A DNA stretch of 64,000 bases from the NCBI GenBank assembly GCA_951406725.2, contig OX597817.1, positions 83,266,001 through 83,330,000 of the forward strand. The letters are read 5' to 3'. How positions within the stretch are numbered: position 1 is the first letter of the stretch; each line of letters starts with the position of its first letter. The translations under genes and the position numbers were made by a program. The notes under the pieces are model-generated. The model saw nothing but the letters and a program-made list of their open reading frames with translations. It did no database searches and was not told the origin of the DNA. The DNA is from Octopus vulgaris. Taxonomy: Eukaryota. Positions 53,456-64,000 of this stretch are shown one piece after another.

Positions 53456-54448
53456 GTACCATTTTCACATCAACAGTATAATTTTCACTAAATGAACACT
53501 TGAATTCATCCAGTAAGTTCAACAGACCATTGATTACAATCCCAGAAAGTCCATGATGACAATTGCAAGAGGTCTCCACGTGTCAGAAGGAAGTCAGAAA
53601 TGTAGTCCACAATGACATCAGATATAAGACTTATGTGATGAGGAAAAGTCAATATGTTAGAAAAAAAAACAAAGAAAATCACGGAATCAGATCTAAATGT
53701 TTCTTAAACGAAGTGAAAATTTCAGCAGAAGATTTGATTTGCTTTTTCTCAAACGAGAAAATCTTCGACCAAGATCAAAAAGTTAACAGAAGAAACAACA
53801 GATGATTACGTGCAGACCCTTCTGAAGTTCCAAGTGTTATGCATACAAAATTCCAGAATTTGTCATGGTTTAGGAGTTGTCAGCAATGAAGAACATTTGG
53901 TGCCTCTTTACTTCTTTCCACAAGGCTTTAGAGTTAACTCTGCCGCCCGTATTGAGGTCCTGGAAACAATTGTTAAACCCTGGATAGACAGTGTATGCAA
54001 TGGAAGGCCATATGTGTTTCGGTAAGACTCTACTAGCACACATGGCCCTAGTAACACAGGAATGGATGGCTGAAAATTTCTATGGTCACATAACACCTAA
54101 CATTTGGCCTCCTAATTCACCAGATCTCAATCCATCGGACTATTACATGTAGTGCGTTGTTGAGAGAGAGGTCAAGGAACACGCCTATAACACTAGAGAT
54201 CCCTTGAAAGCCGGTATAGTCAGAATAATGTCCAAAATGAACCAAGACCCCTTGATTCGAGCATGTAGATGTTTTAGATCTCATAGAGAAGCAGTTGTTG
54301 AAGATGAAGGTAGCTTTATTAAATAACATTGCAGAAAAGAAGGTCTATTTTTATCATTACATTTTGTGATAAATAAAATTATCTTGTATTATATATCTGG
54401 TATTTTTATAAGCATAAATCTGTCCTCAAAATGTCTTACACCCTCTGG
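53456..54448 (+). mobile_element. DD37D (maT-like) transposon body and 3' end, degenerate
   Basis: FFSNEKIFDQDQKVNRRNNR, VLETIVKPWIDSVCNGRPYVF and WPPNSPDLNP.DYY. Confidence 0.88.
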
Positions 54449-55350
54449 ATATAAAGAGAGAAAGAGAGAGAGAATGGGGAGAGAGTGAAGAGTGAAAGAG
54501 AGAGGTGTTTGTTATATGGATGTGTATATCTTTATATAGACACTCACACATATATACCTTGTGTAGACAGAGTGACAGACCGATGGATAGTGATTTACGG
54601 GGATAGGGAATACACAAATAGACTAGCAGGCAGAAATCAATCAAGACAGTAATAGATATGTTTGTCTAATCATTTTCTGCTAACCCGGAAATATATTTCA
54701 AACAAAACTTTCTAAACGTAAGAGTGTTTTTAATCTCAGATATCTCTGTTATATTTATAAAGGTCTTTTATGTGAAAGTCAATGGAATATATTTTTAAAT
54801 TTGACAAAGGAACGGTGGAGTGTGTTTTAAAATGCTTTGTTTTAGGCAGGTGCTGATAACAATGCAGTTAAAATGTATGAAAAGCACTTAGACAAACAGC
54901 CAAATTTGAAGCATAAACAACAGCAATGTTTTAATTATTCTAGACGCCCACCACATAGATAAACTGATTTTTTAAACTTCACATTTCTACAATAATTCTC
55001 CACGCCTCTCTCGTTTCATTTCTGTTTCTTTTATCCTATAACAATGCAAATCGATGTTTTACAATGGCGTTCTCGTTAGTTTATCCTATTTTTTCGATTA
55101 CAAATAAATACACTTGTTCGTGTATTTGCTTGAAATGGCAGACGAGACTGTAATTATAGACATACATACAGCATTCGACCCGAAATATATATATATATAT
55201 ATTAATACATGTATGAACAATAATATACTCACAGAAATACATATGTAGAGACATATTTATACATGTGTGTGTGTGTCCGTACGTAAATACATTCGTGTAC
55301 GTATATATACATACATATATATATACATATATATACATATATATATATAG

Positions 55351-55415
<65 letters not shown>

Positions 55416-55489
55416 CATACATATAGACATGTAAACACATACATACATACACACATAGATACATACATACATACATACATACATACATA

Positions 55490-55755
55490 AATGTAGTTAT
55501 ACTTTTCTCCTCTCTGAACTTTTTCGTTTCCCTTTCTGATGAGGAGTTATGCTCGAAACAGGAAAAACACTATATTTTTCCCACCTTCACCGAGCGTTTA
55601 ACTAATACATTCCATATGCACGTCCTTCAGTTATTTTGTTATTTTGTTATTGTAGTTTTTAATTTCGATTACTCGATTTGACTAATACATTCCATATGCA
55701 CGTCCTTCAGTTATTTTGTTATTGTAGTTTTTAATTTCGATTACTCGATTTGACT
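55490..55755 (+). mobile_element. Family C element with a minimal hammerhead (55533-55566) and a ~75-bp tandem duplication (55601/55681)
   Basis: UUU CUGAUGA GGAGU-UAU-GCUC GAAAC AGG AAA. The core is canonical but the GUH is altered. ACTAATACATTCCATATGCACG...ACTCGATTTG occurs twice. Confidence 0.65.
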
Positions 55756-56861
55756 ATTTATCGCATGTTCACACGAACCTCTACATCCTTCTGTCCTATT
55801 TAGAGTACCTGATTCATGGATTTTCTTACTCTGACCTTGGATTACCCTACTTTGAAATTCCTTCGGAGTATATCATTTTTGTTCTTTTCACTGAATCATT
55901 TTAATTTGTCCGTGATTCTTTACTTCACCTCACTTCATTTGACTTCACTTAACTTCTGTTCTTCTTTTGATTATTCGATTTGACAATATATATTTATATA
56001 GCCTCTACATCCACAAGAATCGCTAGAAATAGCAACCCACAAACACCTATCGATAGAAAACTTAGGAAAAATTGTAGATTCATAGAAATGAGGAAAACTG
56101 AGAAAAATAGCAGGAAATACAACAAAATAAATGATAACAGCAGGCAATTAGGTCTTCTAGATGTTTGACGAAGAACCTAGTACATCGATGTAAGATCATT
56201 TCTGAGGGAGGGGTATACTTTTATATAAGGCCCTCGCTAAGTTTAAAAAAAAAAACTAACAAATCATTTGAATGAATATTTCAGTAAAAGATGAACAGCA
56301 CGAGCTTAATCAGGCTAACACGGTTCATTAAAGATAAGACCTAGAGTTTATCACAGGGTGGGGGATAATCGGTACAGCTGAACTGTATGGAATAGGGGCG
56401 AGGTGGAATAAATGTATAGAATATAGAAGAACTGTACCAAATCATTACATAGAGACAAATTACTTAATAGCAAGCTGGAACAGGTCTTAAAAGGCTTACA
56501 TAAACATAACTTTCAGAAATTTAGCACACATTTTAGATAATTCAAAACCCCACCCACAGTACTATACATTACAAGAACTATACTTGAAAGTAAGCTTATT
56601 AGGTACCATCTACTACAATACACAAAGGAGTAACATAAACTCTGACCTAATTAGACAGATCCCTGACTTCGGCCAGCAACTGGTGTGAATCCTAGGTCAA
56701 TCACACTAGTTTACAAACGGATCAAATTTTATATTTAAAGCTCCCTCCCCTCACTTCCTCCTGAACCATAACCAATACACAAATAACTGAATTGAGTTCT
56801 CTTTGAGCTAAGCTGGTTGAAAGACCCTGAACGAAGCTGCAAGAAAATTATGTTCGGTTGC

Positions 56862-57480
56862 ATAAACAACTGCACATAATCTGTGCATTAGAAACTCGTG
56901 TAGGTCTTCGTAACCATAAAAATATGCTGTATGACATTGTAAAATATAAGGAAATAAATTCTGAGGATGTATCAGCCTCCATATTCTCAACGTTATAATT
57001 TATTGCCAATATATATATTACTCTTACTCTTTTACTCTTTTACTTGTTTCAGTCATTTGACTGCGACCATGCTGGAGCACCGCCTTTAGTCGAGCAAATC
57101 GACCCCGGAACTTATTCTTTGTAAGCCCAGTACTTATTCTATCGGTCTCTTTTGCCGAACCGCTAAGTGACGGGGACGTAAACACACCAGCATCGGTTCG
57201 GCAAAAGAGACCGATAGAATAAGTACTGGGCTTACAAAGAATAAGTCCCGGGGTCGATTTGCTCGACTAAAGGCGGTGCTCCAGCATGGTCGCAGTCAAA
57301 TGACTGAAACAAGTAAAAGAGTAAAAGAGTAAGAGTAATATATATATATATTGGCAATAAATTATAACGTTCAGAATATGGAGGCTGATACATCCTCAGA
57401 ATTTATTTCATACAGCATATTTTTATGGTTACGAAGACCTACACGTGTTTCTAATGCACATATTATGTGTAGTTGTTTAT
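56862..57480. repeat. Fold-back inverted repeat with ~290-bp arms and a 31-nt spacer, covering a SINE A 3' half and its flank
   Basis: 56862-57162 pairs with 57194-57480. Confidence 0.95.
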
Positions 57481-57670
57481 ATATATATATATATATATAC
57501 ATATATACGACAGGATTCTTTCAGTTTCCGTCTACCAAATCAACTCACAAGGCATTGGTCGGCCCGGGGCTATAGCAGAAGACACTTGCCCAAGATGCCA
57601 CGCAGTGGGACTGGACCCAGAACCATGTGGTTGATTAGCAAGCTACTTATCACACAACCACTCCTGCGCC
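57019..57670 (-). mobile_element. SINE family A interrupted by the inverted duplication
   Basis: The 3' part (57019-57198) and the 5' head (~57505-57670) are both on the minus strand. Confidence 0.85.
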
Positions 57671-58316
57671 TATATATATATATATATATATTTCATTTGG
57701 GTTTTAAACTTTCAGTTTCCCTTATAAAATCCTTCCACGGGTATCGAGCATCAGCTACTATTAAACAAGGAAAATGGATCGTTTAAGTGATGATGTATCT
57801 GAAAAATCCATAAATATCCGTAAAAGTTATATAAATATTAACAAGGAAAATATAGCAAGCAACTCGTTTTATTGCATAATTCAATAATTATTTCATGGAT
57901 ACTTTACAAGAATTTTATTGCTGTAACATTATTATATATGAAATAATACATGGATTCATTATAATTCCGGTAATACTGGAAAATATTGACTCATCAAGTT
58001 ATGTGTAAATCGATTTTCTGAACGAGCCCTGATTCAGCACAGTATACAAAGCTCTTTGAATGTCCTTAACATTTTATTAGCAAGTCACAATGAAAACGAA
58101 AGAAAAAGAAAAACGGATACGTAATAAACTACAAATCTAAATTATCCGGTCAAGTAATAGTGTGAAAGGTGATTCATAACGAAGAAAAGAATAAAGGAAA
58201 ATAAATAAATAGATAAATAAATGAGACGATAAAATATTTAAGATGATACAAATGTATGTGTATGTGTGTGTGTGTAATTTAAGTTTTGTACAATGGAACC
58301 TAGTAGATACTCTTCA

Positions 58317-59013
58317 ATATTGATTTCATATTTTTGCACATGGCCAGCGATTTCGGGGGAGGGGATGAATTGATTACCTCAACCCAAATACTCAACTGGT
58401 ACTTATTTTATCGACCTCAAGAGGCAGAATGGTAAAGTCAACCCCGGATGAACTGGAACGCAAGGCCGAACTAAATGTCGCCAAGCATTTCGCCCAGCAA
58501 GCAAACGATTCTGCCAGCTTGCTACTTTAAGCAATATTCTCCAGCATTAAAATATAAAATGCTAAGGCCGCGAGCTGGCAGAAGCTTTACCGTGATGGAA
58601 AAAATGCTTAACGGCATTTCATCTGTCTGTACGTTCTGAGTTTGAATTCCGCCGAGGTCGACTTTACTTTTCATTATTTCTCGATCGATAAAATAAGTAC
58701 CAGTTTAATATAGGGGTCGATGTAATTGACTAGTCCCCGCCCACGAAATTGCTTGCATTGTGCCAAAATTTGAAACTCATATTAAAAGTAATGGCAAGAC
58801 GTTGAGCTGGCAGAAATGTTACCGCGCCGAAAAAAAATACTTTACGGCATTTCTTCCAACTCGACATTGTAAGTTCAAACGCCGTCGGGGTTGACTTTGC
58901 CATTCATCTTTTCGAAGTCGATAAAATAAATACCAGTTTAACACTAGGATCGATGTAATCGACTTACTCCCTCCCCAAAAATTGCTGATTTGTGCTAAAA
59001 TTTGAAACCAATA
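58317..59013. mobile_element. Cluster of three SINE family B copies: 58317-58526 (-), 58564-58782 (+), 58794-59013 (+)
   Basis: Each matches the family B head, central domain and tail. Confidence 0.85.
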
Positions 59014-60159
59014 TTAAAGTTAATGGTTCTTTCTGTGGTTGGATTGAGTAAAATATCGCATATTGTTTTATATAAACGATACTCTACTTTTTTTTGTATT
59101 TTCGTTTGGAAACTATTTTGCTGTACAAGTAGTAATTAAATTCACATAAACACAGTTTCTTCGATAGTTGAATGTAAAGTTAAATAATATAAACATTAAC
59201 AAAACACCTTTCTAAAAACAAGCCGTAACAAAATTTATTCAGCTTACTAATTCTACTAAGCCAAGCACAAAGAAATATTATCATTGTTAAAAACAATTAA
59301 AATACTAACTTCCATAATACTAGCAAGATAAAAAGAAACCCATAATACTAAGATGCTGAATAATCAAGAAATAGAAGAAATGATCAAAGAGTGGTATCAA
59401 TTAGACTTGATTAAATATCGAGGATTAGGTTTAGCCAGTCTTGATTAAACAGTAACGATTAGACTCAAAACATGAGAGCATTATTTACTTTTCAAATATA
59501 TGCTGCACCAAGTACAACTGATACCATTATTTTTTCAGCGTTCATATTTATTCATTCACACACGCGCGCGCGCGCAGGCACGTAGTAAAGTGGACCAAAA
59601 CGCTACCATCTTCCAGCGACAGGACACCAGATCGTATGGTTTCAAGTTCTTTGTTCTCATTTACGGTGTTGCATACCTGTCCGCTAGAGATTAATTCTTT
59701 ATTACAGGCACAAGGCCTAATTACAGAGGGAACATTCAAAGACATGCGCGAAAATAAATCATATGAAGGATGAATGTGAAATGAATATATTTACAATGCA
59801 AATGAGCCGGCCATCTCACTCCAGCTGCGAGATGAAACCGTGTATTCCTTTAACACAAGCTTTAGCATCGCTCCGAGGCAAAACTGTGACTTCCCGCTTC
59901 ACTTTTGCCCTACCATAATAACCCTTTTAAACCAATGTTCATAGAGTCCTTACTTATTTCTTTTCCTTTTTTTTAAACTAAAAGAAAACTAAATGTTTAT
60001 CACAGTGTTAAAAAAAAACTTTAGGGAACCTATTCATTTAACAGTTTCAAACTTTACATGTCGGACGTGCTTTTGCATCGCTTTAGTTTTCTGTTCGTTG
60101 AGCTGCTTTGCAGCGGTTTTTTAGTATAATGCCACCATTGTTTGGTGAGCGTGGCAGAG

Positions 60160-60640
60160 ATGGAGAAAGTGAAGACATATGTGACAGCGACGGGGAGTAG
60201 GGATTCCGTCGTCCCAGGCCTTCTAAAGCAATACGAAAAGCACTGGAATGAAGACATGGCTAAGAAATATGGCAAATATCAAGAGATGGTACAGAGACAG
60301 TGGCCTAACGTAAAGTTGACCCCATCAAAGGAGGAAAAGGCGAAAATGGAAATTACAGTGGTGGAATATACATCGTTTTCAAGGAAAAATAAAAGAGTAG
60401 AGAGTGCAAACAAGGAGGAGCTAGAGGAGTGTTTGAAGAAATTGTCGTCTACCCATTCAGCTGGGAGACGTCCAACGAGGATTAGGGTGGGTAGGATCCC
60501 GCCGAAAACAGAGCTGGAATGGGTAATAGCTGCAATTTTTTCTGGAACAAAAGAAGAAAGGGCAGTTATGATAACCAGAACGCAACTAATAGATTGGTGG
60601 GGTATTTGGTTTGGAGGTGGTTTTCAAGGCAATTCAGTAT
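60160..60640 (+). mobile_element. Probable LINE ORF1-like N-terminal fragment, cut off by a TA microsatellite
   Basis: Purine-rich, stop-free frame of ~155 codons from ATG 60160 (MEKVKTY...PTRIRVGRIPPKTELEWV) with no splice donor before the microsatellite. The family is inferred, not matched. Confidence 0.4.
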
Positions 60641-60686
60641 ATATACAACTCAATATATATACATGTATATATAGACATTTGTGCAG

Positions 60687-60755
<69 letters not shown>

Positions 60756-61130
60756 GTATGTATATATGTATGTATACCTGTATATATGTGAGATAATAGT
60801 TTCACTTTAATAGTTTCAGTATTAAAGTGAAATTATTAAAGTGAAAGTATCTGACATTACAATAGAGAGATGTTATTGGTTCACTTTTGACACGTAATAT
60901 TGAAATAGTGGAGAAGATATGGTATTGATGTGGGCTCGTACTAGGCAAGAAGTTAAAATATTCTTTGGCCTATGACATTACATGGGCCCTCAGTAAGGCA
61001 TGTGTAACATTTGAATGAAATTGGTTGTATAGTTCTCAAGTTCCAAGGATTCACACAGACATAGACAGACACTCAGACAAACAGACACACATTCTCATCT
61101 TATAAATATATAGATATAGATATATATGTA

Positions 61131-61182
<52 letters not shown>

Positions 61183-61359
61183 GGAAAAATGAGATTTGGG
61201 ATTAAATCCAATTTTATAGTATAAATATATTATATTATATTATATTATATTATATTAAATTAGAGATAAAACCACTATTAGGCAAATCAAACAGTGAAAA
61301 ACATAAGCCAATACATAAAATTAATTTAAAATATAAAATATAAAATATAAAATATATAT

Positions 61360-61555
61360 ATCATTCGCCATGATAGATCACTAGCCACTATACATTTTTC
61401 TATTTTCCCTCCCTGTTTATTTCTATGTTCCTTTCTGTCGAAGAGCCTAGGCGCGAAATGTTAAAGTCTTTCTCACTTCCCGAGCGTTAAAGTAATACAT
61501 CTGTTTGTTGTTTACACACCCCTACTCCTCTATTGTTTCTTTGTAAATTCTCACT
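61360..61555 (+). mobile_element. Family C element with a hammerhead relic (61431-61466)
   Basis: Reverse complement of 43845-44035. Reads CUUU CUGUCGA AGAGC-CUAG-GCGC GAAAU GUU AAAG. Confidence 0.7.
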
Positions 61556-61730
61556 ATATATATATATAGAGAGAGAGAGATGGATGGATAAGCGTATATA
61601 TGTGTGTGTATATGTGTTTATATGATTGTGTGTGCTTGTGCATATGTATAGGTAGGTTTAAATTTGCATGTAAACCTACTGTGTATCTATGACGTATATA
61701 TTTCCTCCGTTAGACAGTGGTGAGAGAATG

Positions 61731-61762
<32 letters not shown>

Positions 61763-63301
61763 CAGCCTTCGACAGAGTAACTGTCATATATACGATTTGA
61801 ACAGACACACAAATCAGTACATAAACATACGTTTACATGTGCATATGTGTATGTACACGCAGACAAGACATGTCTACACACTTACATACCTAAATACTTA
61901 CATAATATATAAATACATACATACATATATAGATATACACATACATACATACATACATACATACATACATACATACATACATACATACATACATACATAC
62001 ATACTCGAGTATAGGTGTATCACAAGGCTCATCAGTTCAATGCCAAAAAGAGTTCCTGAATTAAAATCTGCAATAGGAATGTCAACTAAATACTAAAGTA
62101 TGTAGTCCTACCTATCGATTACATTTCAATTATTCGCTTTGCGTATTAAATAAAAGATTTTGAAAATTAAAGGTGTCTATTTACTTCCTGTTTGTCTGTG
62201 TATATATATCTATATATGATTGATTGATTGAATCCTGGAGTAAGTTTCATACACAAGTAAATTTCATCTTCGTATAATGCAGTAGTTGGAAAAACTTGTA
62301 TAGAATCCCAAGCACGATCCTGCAATCGTTTTAGTAAGCCAGAGACCATCTGGAAAATGTGACTATAAGGCGAAAAGATAGGAAATCGATGAAACACATA
62401 AGTGATCATTGTGGTTAATCTCATAGTGCGCTCGGAGGACAGACTTCAAATTTCTCATCTACTAGAAAGCAAAATACGAACAATTTGTCGGAGACGTTCT
62501 TGCTTAATGATAGCATTTTACCTCATTCTCTATTGGAGGTAACTACCGCAGTTTCCACGCAAGATCAGTGTCCTATTTCCTTGCAGAAGATTGGTTTGGA
62601 CCTAAACAAAGTGAACAGAAAACATCAACGAGATAGCCATGGTGGCGGCTGAGACCAGTTCAAAATGGTTGTAGTCGACAAAAGATCAGTGACTGACCCC
62701 TTCTCTAAGCATTTAATTTCTTCTTTAACAGATTCATCTCTTTTCTCAAGTAAACATGTGAAACGTGTATTAGCATAAGATACCTACTAAATATACCAAA
62801 GGATTCAGAACAATACGACAGCTTTAGTCACTATCAGAAGAGAAGCATTCAACATCATCAAGGAACTTCTGCATTTGCTTGGGGCAAAGCTTCTCTGATG
62901 TTTAATTAAACTGTGTATTACCAGCATTAATTATTTCCCACACGCAAGAAGTACGCCTGGAAATATGTACGCAGATAAATAGGATCACAAACAAATACAC
63001 ACATACATATATAATTATGAATACGTACACATATGTATATAATAAATATATACATGCATACATACATACATACATGTATGCATGCATACAAATGTACATA
63101 CACACATACATGCATGCATACAGACAGACATATATCAACAGGGAGAGATAATACAGAAAAAGAAAGTAAGGGAAAGAGAAAAGGGGAAAGAGATAGAGAG
63201 AGACTTTGAATCTTCAGGAAAATATTTTGAAATTAGATTTTAAAAAATACTGGAACTATTTTCTCTCTCACTTTCTCTCTCCATCCCTCTCTCTCCCTCC
63301 C

Positions 63302-63340
<39 letters not shown>

Positions 63341-64000
63341 ATCTATAGTTATATATGCTTGTGTTTGTACGCACATATACACACTCAAATTTAAAATGAT
63401 TAGAAAACAAATAATCGCCCATGGTCGCAAGAGATTTTTTCTTCCTAAATCAAGTAGTTGCATCGAAAATCGAATGACTTATTATATCTTGAAATGACGC
63501 TAAGTTAATGAAAAGCTGCTAGGATACATTGTGACCTGTCTAACAGAAGGGAAGCACTTGATTGAAAAACTGATTTTTTGGCAGGAATGATTCTTATGAA
63601 TGCTTACAATAAAATATATGCACAGCACAAGAAAGCACACGCCTATACCCGATCGCAGTTGACAGCCAGTGTTTGGTGAAGAGGGGAGTGTGCGCACAAA
63701 AGAAGAAAGACACAAAACAAAGATATTGACAGTATGATAGGGACGACTGTTGGCTATTTTAGAATATCGAAAAAAGTGTGAGATAATTCTTTGCTGTTAA
63801 CAATAAAGATGGACAGGTGAAGATAGCGAGCAGATTCTTGACTCTTGTTTTGCTTTCCATTTATCTTCCTTCGTACTACTCATGTTCGCCTTTGGCAGTT
63901 GATATAATGAATCATTAACGCCGACTTAATTTTCAACCACTAACCAGTGCCCAATATTGTCTTTTTTTTTCTCTCTCTAATAAAGAACAAATAATTTTCT

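Noticed and set aside
62025-62040. CUGAUGAGCC on the minus strand next to (TACA)n
   Set aside because: Only the 5' half of a core is present and the rest is microsatellite.

Overview
AT-rich, microsatellite-dense eukaryotic DNA with no intact host gene that I can support. The two tRNA-derived SINE families and the TA/CA/TACA/TAA microsatellite load look like an octopus (cephalopod) genome; this is an inference from memory, not a search result. The window consists mostly of decayed mobile DNA: mariner (DD34D), Tc1, DD37D and DD41D-like transposon fragments and MITEs, non-autonomous Helitrons, about 20 SINE copies, an R4/Dong-type LINE 3' end sitting in (TAA)n, and Penelope-like RT relics. Most ORFs in the supplied track are microsatellite artefacts. 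The main hidden signal is a set of at least 9 clear and several decayed type I hammerhead ribozyme motifs (CUGANGA...GAAAC...GUH, often with a palindromic helix III) from several unrelated families. Most lie in small elements next to (TA)n tracts. Two sit between direct repeats with 246- and 484-nt periods, as in retrozymes, and one sits in an inverted pseudo-LTR arrangement like Penelope elements. There are also many long inverted repeats and fold-backs that could form dsRNA, and a possible decayed short-intron gene at 3.4-4.5 kb. All folds were read by eye.
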